This document shows positions 17,727 to 33,392 of a stretch of 64,000 nucleotides of DNA, piece after piece. Each line of letters begins with the position of its first letter. Position 1 is the stretch's first letter. The stretch lies in the NCBI RefSeq assembly GCF_009914755.1, contig NC_060926.1; one strand, 5' to 3'. The translations under genes were made by a program, and so were the position numbers. This DNA is from the human T2T-CHM13v2.0 reference genome, Homo sapiens. The notes beneath the pieces are model-generated. The model made no database searches, was not told where the DNA came from, and worked only from the letters and a program-made list of their open reading frames with translations.

Positions 17727-20700
17727 TTCACAGAAAAGTAACTTTTCTGTGAGTATTACCCAAAATGTTAGCTGAGAATTAAGGACTAGAATCTGCTATC
17801 CCTGGATTTCTTACTCACTGTCCTATCTCATTGCCTTAACATTTGTAAACCATGTGAATGACTTCTTTAGGGCAAAAACAAGTATTGTAACTCTACCATG
17901 AAAATCATAACTGAACTATAATATGCCAAGAACTTGGACAGTGCCAATGTGATTGAAAATCAAATATTCAACCCAGAAAACATTTACATGTCTCTTTAGA
18001 ACGAGAATACCTCTTTCTATGCTTGTGTTGGGAATTCATGTCTAGTGGAAGCTGCAGCATGTCTATCACAGACAAATCCTAATGTTTCTCTCCTAACATT
18101 TATTTATTTATTTATTTATTTTTTTAAAAAGGAGGTAGAAAAGGGTAGGAGGAGGCAGGCATTAAGAAACATTTAAGGACCAATACACAGTCTAAGGCCA
18201 AATGAACTTGTGAAGCCTACTGATTTTGGAAAAAATCTTCATTTTGGTGGGTAACTTGAATTATTAATATAAAATAAAATTAAGGCATACAGAGAAAAGG
18301 CACTACTAAAAATTAACAATTGGATTGCTTTTCATTAACATTTAACCAATCTTAAAATTCAAATAAATATGAACATTACATTTGTAAAACAAAGGCCAAA
18401 CTTAGTAATAAAACAGTATGATCTCAAGGAACTGTCCTGATCTTAGTATAAATAACACTGTTGACAGAGTTCAATTTCTATCAAATGTTTTGGGTATTTT
18501 CACAATTTAGACCAAAATAAAGTATGTTTTCTTTAAAAGAGACACTGGGGAAAAAAAAAAAAAAAGAACAAAAAAACACTGTTATGGAATAAATGCTCCC
18601 CATCACCAGAACTGTTGAGTAGAGGCTGGGTTTTGCAGTAAGAGGGGGTCCTGAGAGAGATGCTATGTGACCTGGTTGGGGAGGGGATCCCTCTAGTTTG
18701 GGGATACTTTTACTCTAATCCCTGTTGTCAGTGACATTTCCGTTTATAACAGCCAATGATTACCTAAAATTGCTTTTCCCTTAATAAAAAATAACATTTT
18801 AAAACATCATTGCTGAACTTTCAGAGTTAGCGTATGCCATAAAATAAGTAACTGTTTGCCCATGTTCCTCCTAGATTGTGACCTCCTTAAGGATGTTAAT
18901 TTAGTACCTGACATAATAAGTTACAATTATTGAACAAACAAAGAAGATTCATTCTATTAAAAAAGATAGATTTGTATATTTAATTGACACCAGGTGATTT
19001 TATATCAAGCTATCAGTTCCCAGACTCCAAATAAAATCACTGGCACAGAACTTTGCCATAGGCCAAGGAGTCTGCATCTGGCTTGGTCATCCTGCTAAAC
19101 TATTCACATCTGATTTTATTTTCTAAGTGATTTCACATATCTTATAACAACTCCATGTCAGAAATACTACAGAGCAGATCTGACATATATATGAGCTGGA
19201 GTAGCAGAGACTTAGTCTAAAGAAATAGTTTCATCTTTTTAATGCAGTTTCTTTGGGAATAAGGTAAAGACTCTCTCAAGTGAAAGCCAATCCAATTCAC
19301 TCTGAAATCAAGGTTTAAAATTTTCTTTTACAGTTCAGCAAATGCATTAATATTTTAATTCCTTATATATGTTATGTAAGGGTAACTGTGCCTTTTAAAA
19401 CTTTCTAAGGCAATAGTCATTTTTTTAAGTTAGAAAGATGTTTTGTAAACAAGGAAAAGTGCTGAAAATTTTCAAGATATTCATACTGAAATTTTCAGTC
19501 TGTATACTTTCAAATACATTTTAAATAATTAACAACCCATCAAAATTTCCACTAGTCATTATGATTTTTTTAACCCTTTTATTCAATACAACATTTTGTT
19601 TGCAATGTAAAAGATCTTATATTTGGTCCAAGCCTAAGTCATGCCACTTTGAATCTCTCAAGGCCTTAAGTAGAAAGATATTTCCTGAAAAGCACACATA
19701 AGACTGCTAGTGAATCTTCTCCAGCACCAAAAAGTCTGCCACTGTCAAAGCAGAATGCATTTTAAAGGCACAAAGTCAGCAGTCTGACCATTTTCCAGCG
19801 TCAGCAAAGAAGCATTACAGTATAGAAGAATCAATTGTGCATTTAAGAAACAAAACACATTTAGAGTTATCTTAAAAAGTTCAAATTGCATTTGTTGATC
19901 CATATCATTATTAGAAAGAAGAAAAAAACGGAGTGTTATATTTAACTTCCCCTGATAAAGCTGTTTCCTTTCAAAAATTTCTTTTTTAAATTTACTTTTG
20001 GTCTTCCATACCCTCCACCCCCACACCTTCAAGCTTTTTTGTTCTAGTAGTTTTTATATATATTAACTTTTATTGTGGTTTTTGGTACCTTCACAACTTG
20101 TTTGAAATAAATTCACATCGTATTTTATATAATAACTCTGTAAACTATTAGTCTATTTTTAAGTCTTTACATAAAGAACATTACTTTCCCATAGCTAATA
20201 ATATTTTTCTTATAAAGCAAAGGCCTTCCACAGCAGTGTTAAAGTAGTAGTTTCTTTTCAGGTGCCTTTATTTTCTATAGCATTTAGAAAAGAAAACAGA
20301 GACTGAAAAAAAAACAGTTTTGCTCTGGGTTCTACAGTCTCACCAGATTTCTCTCTAAAGAGCATTTGTCTCATATTGTGCACTGCTGGTTACCCTGACA
20401 GACCAAAAACGAGCCAAAGGAAAAGCACAACTACACAAGACAGATATGAAGGAAAAGCCCACTGGTCAAGGACCATGATCTTGCTCAAGTAGAAAAGATG
20501 CCCTCATTCATAAAAGATAAAGAAATTATAATAGATCCACACACTTGGGGATTCTTTCTAGAACAAAATTTGGCAGTTGCTTTACCAAGGCAGGGACACC
20601 TCATTCTTGTTCTTCCCTGCAAACTGCTTCAATTTTAAGAATATGAGAGAAGCGTTGACAATTAATTTTGTGCTTTGACTTCTTAGACTAGCTAGTGGAA

Positions 20701-21477
20701 TTTCAAATATTCCTACAGGGAATGCTAGGTAGGACCTTGGCACAGTAAACCAAGATCTACCTAACTTCAGAAACAAAGTATCGTAAAAGAGTCCCTAAAT
20801 AAGCACACCTTTTGGCAGAAAATAAGAATACCTGAGTCCCTTATGAATCCCATGAAAGGGATTCTGGGGCCTCCAGGAAGACTGTTGTTTTCTAGACCTT
20901 TAAAATAAAGTACTAAATAAAGTACTAATAAAGTACTTAGCACTTGCTTTAACATGCTGAAAAAAACTGCAAGTGGCCAAATTGCTGATATCTTCATGTT
21001 TTATAGTAGCACAATTCTATTAGAGATAGTGGGGCCTTTCCCAGCTGTCTTGTTCCATTTAACAATGTCCTTGCTCTTATTGGATACATTGTACTAGAAA
21101 TACGTGGCAGCTTTTTAACCTTCCCATTAGTAGTTAAAATTTTGTTTTGATATGCTTTTTTTTTTTTTTTGCCCAAAATCATGAATTTTAAGGAAAGAAT
21201 ATATAGAGATGGCTGAGTTCAAAAGGCTCAGTGTTCAAATTCAGTTTGTTCCTAAAATGAAGAGTTACCTATGTGGGTGCAATATGCAGCTGGTAAAGTG
21301 ATTGCTATTTGCTGTTTGTTGAGATTATTCACCCTTGACTTAAAGCAGCAGTATCTGATCTTGTAAAATCCTCAATTTGCATTACATCACTTTCTCTTTG
21401 CGACTTCCTTTTCTTTCTTGCATTTACTGCTTTGTAAATAGCTGTTTTCAGTTTATAACTGGGACTGATCTTTACAT

Positions 21478-21688
21478 CAGGGTTTCTCAGCCTCAGCACT
21501 TCTGACATTTTGGGAGGGGTAATTCTTTGAGGCTGCTTTCCTTGTGTATTATAATCTATTTAGCAACATCCCTGGCCTCTACCCAATTCATGCTACTAGT
21601 ATCCCTCCAATTGTGACAACCGGAAATGTCTCTAAGAATTGCCAAATGCCTAGTGAAATCATCCTCGCTCCACTTTTGGCAACCACTG
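21478..21688 (-). mobile_element. MER20 (hAT-Charlie MITE) within the MAP3K2 3' UTR
   Basis: Ends cagggtttctca...aaccactg; internal ccctggcctctaccc and ttgtgacaacc; degenerate 8-bp TSD ctttacat/tttcacat. Confidence 0.85.
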
Positions 21689-22071
21689 TTTCACATGATA
21701 CCTGTTTTTTTGAGGTGCTTTAGTATTCTGTGATCCTAAGAACAAGGGTTTCATCTCCTGACATAACACATAAACATTACTAATTGAACTCTTCGCTCCT
21801 AAGGGATGTTACCTATGGGGAATCAGGAGCTGGAAATAGAAGATGGTATACATGATTTTGATTATTTCTCCATTCCTTTAATTTTGGGACGTCCCCCTCA
21901 AGTAAAACAAAACAAAACTGTTTAAAATACACTAAACACCTAATTTTTTTTCATTATTTCTATTGACTGTAAATGTGGTCTCTTCTACTGCTCACACATT
22001 TGATAAGAGTGATGTCCTTTTGTCTTTTATTTCTATTTGCTCACAACTTGACTTTAAAATAAAGGTTTTCC

Positions 22072-22095
22072 GTGTGTGTGTGTGTGTGTGTGTGT
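22072..22095. repeat. (GT)12 microsatellite in the 3' UTR
   Basis: Direct reading. Confidence 0.95.
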
Positions 22096-22798
22096 TTTTA
22101 AGCAGAAAGCTATCCCTCAAGGTTTACAGATTCCAGTAACGTGGATCTATTATAGTGTATTTGCTTATTATACTGGTTAGGATTAACAAATAAACATACC
22201 TCTCAGAGATTCATATCTTCTATCAAGACTCCTACTGAGCAAAAAGGTTGGTAGACAGAGGTTAGGATCTAAAGAATACAGATATAAGAAGAAACCTATA
22301 TTCTTTAAGTTGAGTACCTACCCTAAACTAAAGTTTAGGGCTCAACCCCACAAATGAGGATATATTTTAAATACTATCACTAAAAACTACAAATTATACA
22401 TCATTTTCTTCTCCTTGTTTTCCATGTCTTCCCATCGTCACTGATGTGTCAGTGATAGAGGGAATGACTCTACAATCTTTAGGTATTCCAAATGATTTGT
22501 TTGTACTAAAAAGAGTGACTATGTACTAAAGTGCTTTATCTCTCTGAACCACATCAGTACATTATAAAAATTAAAAAAAAAAACTTCAAGTTCTTGTAAG
22601 GGAAAAAAAGATTAAATATAAAAAATTTAGGATATTATTATTATTAAACAAATTTAACCAAGAATCAAGAGAAATACTTTCCCTCTTGTCTTTTTTCTCC
22701 CCCATCTCTCTTTTTTTATAAAAAAGAAAAGTGCAGTCAGAGAGAAGGTGAATGAATAGATGGGAGCTAGGTAGAGGCACAGGAGAGGTTACTGGCTG

Positions 22799-23024
22799 CT
22801 AGTGATAATGCACAAACATGTGCCTTAAGAGTTCATCAGCTGAAGGTCTCAGTTTGGCCTCTACAAAAATCCGTTTGAGGAAATCTCGAGTATAGTCTGA
22901 GACATGAGGTGGCAGCTTTGGGTTTGTTGGCTGAGTGGCGATTTTAAAGATGGCAGCCATTGCTTCAAATTCAGCCCAAGGCGGCTTTTCAGTTAGCATT
23001 TCTACCACAGTACATGCAACACTC
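22799..23024 (-). CDS. MAP3K2: MAP3K2 last coding segment (226 nt; ...[10 protein letters not shown])
   Basis: ORF 22799..23050; CAG acceptor; TAG stop. Coding exons sum to 1860 nt = 619 aa + stop. Confidence 0.97.
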
Positions 23025-23803
23025 CTGAAAAGAAACAAAAAGAAATACATTACACAAACAACAACATGAAAGAAAGCTAGTTAGCTAGAAAATGAGAAAC
23101 AGGCATTAAGTCCATATATATTTAAATATGACTTAATTTCAAGTTCAAAGTTTCATTAAAAAGTTCTAATTTCGTAAAACTAATTTAAACATAAAAATCA
23201 ATTAAAATAAATTTAATGACTATCACTTAATTCAAACGGTTGGGCAAAGAACATTATTCATCTTATTATTTTTGTTTTATATAATTTCTAACCTGATTTT
23301 AAAAATAATTTTTGTCTTTATCTTACAAAGAATATAAGCATTAGAAATCAATTGCCTTCAGGTGCCTAAAATGAATGTCTATTAAAGTCTTTTCTGGGTG
23401 GGAAGTAGAAAATGGCCATTTCATGTTCTAACTTAAAATTATAAAAGAATTAAAGATTAAATGAATTATAAGACACTGACAACAAAGATGAAGTACTTTT
23501 AAAGGTCTTTAGACAAACAAAGTAACTATTTATTTACTTCTGTAATAGCAAAAAGCTTTTTAATGCTGAGGTTTGCTCACGACAAAATCCTTCCTAAAGA
23601 ATGGAGGACAGGTTCAAGGATTCTAACTATTTAGTCAATTATAAGCCTCAGTAAGGCACAATTAATATAGTGTTAATCTTCGCAATTCTTACGTCCTATT
23701 TTGGAAGTACAAAAGATTATTTACATCTGCCTCAGTAATTCAATCCCAGGTGGAAATACATAGGCGGCAGGTGGTTTTCAAGCAAACTTCGTATCAAAAC
23801 CTA

Positions 23804-24001
<198 letters not shown>

Positions 24002-24579
24002 TCATTTCATTAATTTTATTGGCAGTCTCGAATATAGCATAAAAGAACAATGGCAGAGAATTACTTCATAGACTCTTTGATTTGTCCCCAAAGTTAGGCT
24101 GCTTTTCATCCTCTGGCAGTAGCTGGCATAATGCTAGTCACACAGGTGGTGCTCATTAAGGATTTGCTGCAAGAACACTACATTTTTAGGTCAGCTGTGT
24201 GTTTAGGACCTAGGACGTTTCTATTGAAAAGGACTGGTGCAGGTTGGAGGTGGGGGTGAAGAGGAGGAGAAAGGGGAAAAGGGCTAAGAATGAAGCTCAG
24301 TGAAGGACCAAGAAAGCCCCCAGTTTCTCTATCATAAAGCAAGAAGCCCATGGATGAAGCTTATTTCCCTGAGAAGTCAGCCTTTTCTCAGAAACTTCCT
24401 TAGGGACCTTCAGAACAAAAGCATTTTCCCCCTCTATTACTTAAATTTAGTTACCTTACATTTTAGAGTTTTCTTAATATTGAATCTTGCTTTATATTAA
24501 TTTTACTTCCCAATTTCTAATATTTTAAATGTCTCATAGGCAGGCTTTGAGCTTTTCATTTAAAATTTCATTAGCTTTT

Positions 24580-25915
<1,336 letters not shown>

Positions 25916-27686
25916 GTTTTTTATTCTCTATTTTCACTCTTATCATTTTAAAAACTCTATTTTTTCTGGGATTATAAATCTAGTTTCCGTCTTTTATAAA
26001 TCATTTCTCTTCTCATTTTTTTCCACATAGCCCTCATTACTTTGGACCTTCTCATTTTTAACTTTTTCTTTACCTATTCTTAAATAAGCCATTTATTTTA
26101 TTATCTAATTTTAAAATTTTACTTCAATTCTTATTTTTAACTCTTCCATAACCTTAACCATATTTTATATTACAAAGATTCATTTTCTTGGTTCTCTTAC
26201 CCTTTTCTTAAAAAACGGTCTCTAAGAAGGAGACTGAATAGTGGAGAAAAGCTACCTTACAGACTGGAGAGGATAAAGAGACCCCACCCCTATCACGGGG
26301 CTTCTGTACCTGTCTTTCTGTTCTACCAGCAAATTCCCCAGTCTAGTCAATGATGGTTCCCTAAAGCCTCTCTCCAGAGGAGAGTCCAGGGTCCATTCTC
26401 TGCACACCTTAAGTGTAAACATGCCATGACATTAGTGATCTTCTGAAAGAGCACTGTCTAACATTTCCTACCATCCAGTACTTTAAGAAGGAATGTCAAA
26501 AAAGCCACCGTCTCTAGAATACTTAACCAGTGGAAGGACAACAAAGCCCATTTTTTACTGGCTACAAGCAGGGCTCTGATAGGGGAAGGAACAGTCCAAG
26601 GCAGGTCACAGACAGGGGAAGCTGTCTCTGGGGCGGAATCACCAATATTGAACCAATGCTTATCCACAAGAAGGGCGGAGGAGAAAACGGGTAGCCAGGC
26701 TCCAACAGAAGTTTCTAAAAACTTATTTTGGACATGTTAAAAATAAGTTATTAAGGAGACTTTTCAGACATACACAAAGGTAGAGCAGCATGCGCAGCCA
26801 TCACCCAGCCTCAACATCCATCTGGACAATCCTGCCCCAGCCATACTGCCAACCACTCCCCCTCCCCTCTCTAGGATTTGAAGCAAATTCAAGATGTCAT
26901 GATCAACAAATGGTTCAGTACATATCTTTCAAAGATAAGGACTCTTATCACACCCAAGAGGATGAACAATAAATTGTTAATATTATCAAATATATAGTCG
27001 GTGTTCAATTTGTTACATTAAAAAAAACTAGAATCCAAATGAAGTCCATACATTGGGAGTCACTGATAAATCTTCTAAGTCTTTCCTAAAGTTCCCTCCA
27101 ATCTCCTTTTCTTTTTTCTTTGCAACTTATGAAGAAACTAAGTTGTTTGCCTATAGCTTTCTCATGGTCTAGATTTTGCTGACTGCGTCCCAAAGAATCA
27201 TTTTAACATGCTCATCTGTCCTATATGTATATTACATAATTCTGTAACCGAATTTGGAGGCGTGATCAGATTCAGGTTCAATTTCTGGGGGACTGAGGAA
27301 CAAAACTAGATAGATGATGCTGTATTCTAGACAGTCTCTATTTAAGTGATATCAGCAGCTATTAATGTTTAATGCAATATCTGTTCATTATTCTTTCTCC
27401 GCTTGTTAGCCAAAATACTTCTATGAAGATAAGTTTCCTTTCATCCATTAATTTCATCTTCAGTGGTCTAGTTTGTAAAACAAACGGAACAAAAACAAAG
27501 GCAGAAGAGCAACTAGTTCTTGAAATAATGAGTTGGTTCCCTAGCAATATAATCAATTAATTTTCATCCTAGGTTTCATTATGACTTCACGGGTCTAAAT
27601 TGAAAACCAATCAACTATCTTCCTTTTCTCTTACGATTTAAAAGTTGCTCATGGAAATTTGAGAAATACAGAAAAAGTATATAGGA

Positions 27687-28204
<518 letters not shown>

Positions 28205-28861
28205 ACGACCATCACTCATCCTGCCACTTGATGATAACCACCATCAATCATATGGAAATTTTCCTTCTAGGTCATACTTGAATTTTACAAACTTAAGATC
28301 ATATTGCACATCCAATTTTATATTTTACATTTATTCTCTTATCAATATATTTGCCCTATGCTTTAAAATCAGCTTACTTCCAGCCTTCTCTTTTGACCAG
28401 GATGGCTCATCACTTCTGGCAAAGTTTGAAGAAGATCCACTCGGCGGGTAGCTCCCTCAGTTCCTTTGCCTTGCCTCATTATGAGGGCTAACGAGAAGCT
28501 GGCTTGAATGGACATTATTCCTAACTGAATAACTTCTCTATGAGGTTCTTCAAGCTATCAGGTTTCGTACTTAACAAGGGAGGTCTGCCTAAGATGCGTA
28601 GATCATGAGCAATGTCCCCATCTTTTCAGACTTACTCTAAGTCCCATTCTAGTACAGGTGATCTGGCTTAGGCATTCTGCATTCTACTCTATCACCAGGA
28701 ACTGGTTAGGAATGTTCTTGTTGGTCTGAATATGGCCATAATTAGGACGTGCCACACCTCAAAGGGGAAGTGAAAGCCTGGGAGCTCGTAAGAGTCCCCA
28801 GCAAGACCAATGAGTAATATCTTTATACATGCAAATACAAACGTGTACACATACACATTTA

Positions 28862-29061
28862 CAGTAATACATTGCTTAATGATGGAGATGCATTCTGAAA
28901 AATGCATTTTTAGGCAATTTTGTCATTATGCAAACATCATAGAGTGTATTTACACAAACCTAAATGGTATAGCCTACTACACACCTAGTCTATATAGTAT
29001 AGCCACTGTTGTAAATGTGGTCCATAATGACGTGGAATCATCATTATGTGGCACATGACTG
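28862..29061 (-). mobile_element. Tigger3/GOLEM-derived MITE (TcMar), ~200 bp
   Basis: Terminal inverted repeats CAGTAATACATTGCTTAATGATG / CAGTCATGTGCCACATAATGATG; TA at the left border; internal tacacaaacctaaatggtatagcctactacacacctag. Confidence 0.85.
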
Positions 29062-29185
29062 TTTATTTATTAACAGATGGGGTCTCGCTACATTACCCAG
29101 GCTGGACTTGAACTCCTGGGTTCAAGCGATCCTCCTGCCTCAGCCTCCCAGGTAGCTGGGACTACAGTCATGCACCATCATGCTG
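29062..29185 (-). mobile_element. Alu monomer (FLAM-like)
   Basis: Single Alu arm abutting the Tigger3 end. Confidence 0.8.
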
Positions 29186-29968
29186 CTATTCATTATTTTT
29201 ATTGATTGATTTATAAAGTGATGTCTAAATTTGGGGCCACAACCTACCTTTACAGGACTAAACCTCCAGGTATGTTTTGTAGTATAGATTTTGAAGCATT
29301 CTTAAATTGCACCTATCCCCACCACTTGCTTTTGTGTGACTTTATGCATTTACCTACATCCTTTATCCCTGCAAACAGCTGAGTTTTTGAGTTTTAAAGT
29401 CAGTTTGACATAGTTGGGGTTCATCAAAGCTCAGTTTGGGGCTCTTTTCTTCGCTTCTCTTCATTCTTTCCCTCGGTAGTGACACCCATTCCTCCGAGTT
29501 TAAATTAAAGCATATTGCATGCATTAACTCATTTACTCCTTACAAGAATCCTATGAGCTGGATACTATTATCTCCATCATTTAAGAATGAGGAACTGAGA
29601 GACTGAGTAACTTGTCCAAGGCCACACGGTGTGGATAAAAGCCCAAATTTGAATCAGGCCATCTGGCAGCAGGGATCCTACTCTTAGCCAATCTATCCTA
29701 ATACCTATGCAATATGTATGAAAACATGATCTCACTTGTATGGTCTCTTAAACTTTACTGGTTCTGTGAGCCCCCACAGTAGAGCTACCCATTTGTGGAG
29801 ACAGGACTGGTGTGATAGAACACTGACAGAGTCCATAAGAAAGCAAGAGAACTGTTTCCCTGTAGTATTTCAGAGACAGATGAATTAATGTTAAATGTCT
29901 TACCCACATCACTTGTTTCATTCACATTCACTAAGAACTGTGTACTTAAAATAGAAAATACCTCATTA

Positions 29969-30103
<135 letters not shown>

Positions 30104-30872
30104 CTAGGAGAAAAGAAAACAAAAATAAAAACTACTGTATATGGTTTGAAATGAAAACTGCTATTAAATCTTTATCAGTAAAGAGGGCAGGAATTCTCAT
30201 CTCACTCGTCTAAGCATGTCCTACTTGAATTTTACTTATTTTGTTCTTATTCTGTTTTTAAAGTATTTTATTGACATCTGCTGATTTTCTCAGAAAAAGG
30301 AATGGGTGTAACTAGAAAGAACACAGAGATTTTAAAGTTTTTTTCTTTATATACTCAACACTCAAGTTCGAAACATGAGAACATACACAAAAGGAGAATA
30401 GATTTTCTTAAGTGTTTTTTAGGGCAGGATAAGGTGCCATCTCTGAGAAAGCTGAATCAGTCTGAAGTGAGGAATAGGTATTTGAATTTTGAAAACTTCC
30501 CTAGTGATTCCAATGTATAAGTTTGATTAATAATCCCTTTAAAAGACAGAAATAAAATGCTTCCTGAGGGACAAATCTCTTTTTTGACAGGAAAATACAT
30601 CCAAATGTTTCTGCTTTTCCTTGAATTTTGGTAAACGGTGTACTCTGTCATATGAAAGTAAATCCTTGGATTTTACAGATTTAACCATTTGTCCTTTCCA
30701 CTGTTTATGAGCCATCCTTGGAGGGAGAGCATTTTGCAATTCTGTGGACCCAAATTTGCAAACACACATATGGAAAGCGGCAAGTGTGGCCAGTCAACTA
30801 CTCACACCTACAGTTCAGCACGGCTTGTTTGTTCAGTCTACTGTGTCTCTACTTGTAGTATTATACAGAATA

Positions 30873-31647
<775 letters not shown>

Positions 31648-32092
31648 TTAATCACCACCTTGAAAATCATTAATACTAGATGTACTCTATATAATGACAG
31701 ATGTCACAAATCACATTTTATAACTCCTAATGAAATTATAGACTCTAGTGATGACTATCAATCAGTGCTAAAAACATTAGGTGGATGGCTGAAAAGGAAC
31801 AGGCTATTCCTATGTGCCACTGCTATACCTCATATTACTTTCTGGTGTGCAGGAAAAAACAAAACTTTACAATGCAGGACTCAATATGTCAATCATCCTC
31901 ATCTAATGGTAGCTCTTTGCATTGCTACAGTGGAATAACCAGAAATTGGCTCCTGATAGGATGCAACATAAAGTACACAGCTTCATCTATGACGTATCAG
32001 ATAAAAAAGGCTGAATGTGAATCTAATTTAGACCTCAGATCTAACTTGGAGTTTATAGTAAAAAAGGGATAAAGAAACAAATTAAAATCCGC

Positions 32093-32195
32093 ATGCTCAT
32101 TTCGGCAGCACATATACTAAAATTAGAACGATACAGAGAAGATTAGCACGGCCCCTGTGCAAGGATGACACGCAAATTTGTAAAGCATTCCATAT
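32093..32195 (+). pseudogene. U6 snRNA processed pseudogene (full length), antisense in MAP3K2 intron 14
   Basis: Aligns to U6 (GGCAGCACATATACTAAAATT, ACAGAGA box, AAGGATGACACGCAAATT) with ~10 substitutions; A-rich tail; TSD AAAATCCGC (32084-32092) / AAAATCCAC (32230-32238). Confidence 0.95.
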
Positions 32196-32851
32196 AACTA
32201 AAATTATAAAAAATTTTAAACAAAAAAACAAAATCCACAAGAATGCTACTAGAGAAATCCATGAGAATTTTTTTTTTTTTTTTTTTTCAAATTCTTCCAG
32301 ATCCTGAGAGTGAAGACTCTTAACAGGCTATCCTCTTCTCTTTGTCAAATCTATATCATGTACAAATTGACTGCTCTAGATAGTAATCCTAGCACTTTGG
32401 GAGGCTAAGGCAGAAGAATCACTTGGGCTCAGGAGTTTGAAACCAGCCTAGGTAACAGAGTGAGACCTTGTCTCTACTTCTTTTTAAGAATTATAAAAAA
32501 TTGTTTAAGAAGAGAGAGATAATTAAGGGGCATAACAATTAAATGTATGTATAGACTGGAACTTGGTGTGAATATATCAGCTATAAAGGGCATTTTAGGG
32601 CATTTAAGGAAATCTGAAGATGGGCTGCTAAGATGTCTGTAACCTACTTGAGAATACTTTTATCATTAATGAGTTAAAAAATACAAAGACAGAGGAAGAG
32701 GATAGAAAATACTACTCAGCTCTAATTTAAAACTCTTCCAAAATGTCCTTAACTAGGGTTAACATTTTATAATCTACGTTTTTGTTGTTTTTCTTTTATT
32801 AACTAAAATTTTAAATAGAATGTGTATTTTCAAAAAGATGTACTAACTTAC

Positions 32852-32983
32852 CCCTGGCATATATTCCATAAATATGGAAAGTGTTTTTTCCTGGGGATCC
32901 CTCAAACAGCCATAATACTGAACAATTCGCTCATGTAGCAAGTTTTTCAGCAACTGAATTTCACACTCAAGTGCATTTACTTC
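32852..32983 (-). CDS. MAP3K2: MAP3K2 exon 14 (132 nt; [15 protein letters not shown]...FMEYMPG)
   Basis: Inside ORF 32843..33049; CAG acceptor, GTAAG donor. Confidence 0.97.
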
Positions 32984-33392
32984 CTGAAAGAGAGAATTCA
33001 TTGTTAAGTCTTCAACAATGTCAGTAAAAGCAAAAAATTCTAACTTCATGGACCATCAAGGTGATTTCATTCTGAAAATTTTAGTTCCCAAGTAATAAAC
33101 ATCTGAAAGTCTCTAACCAATAACTTTTTAAACAGTCCTTGATGATATGCTAAAGCAACACTGACTCAGATTAGGATTATAACTGAAGTACTAAAAAAGA
33201 AAAATCCATATTAAAAAATAGACAAACATATCTAATCTGTTTTACAAATAATTTATACTAAAGAAAACTGCTTTTTTTTTTTTTTTGAAAAAAAATGCTT
33301 CTTATTTAGAATGGAAGGGGCTTAATGTTAAAAAATAATAATGAATAAAGTTTCTTATAATGTGACAAAGTAATTTGTGCAGTGATTTTTAC

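Larger units (their letters stand above)
13895..22798 (-). other. MAP3K2: MAP3K2 long 3' UTR (~8.9 kb)
   Basis: AT-rich, Alu-free stretch from the stop codon to a distal AATAAA with a GU/U-rich downstream element; the 3' end position is inferred. Confidence 0.75.
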
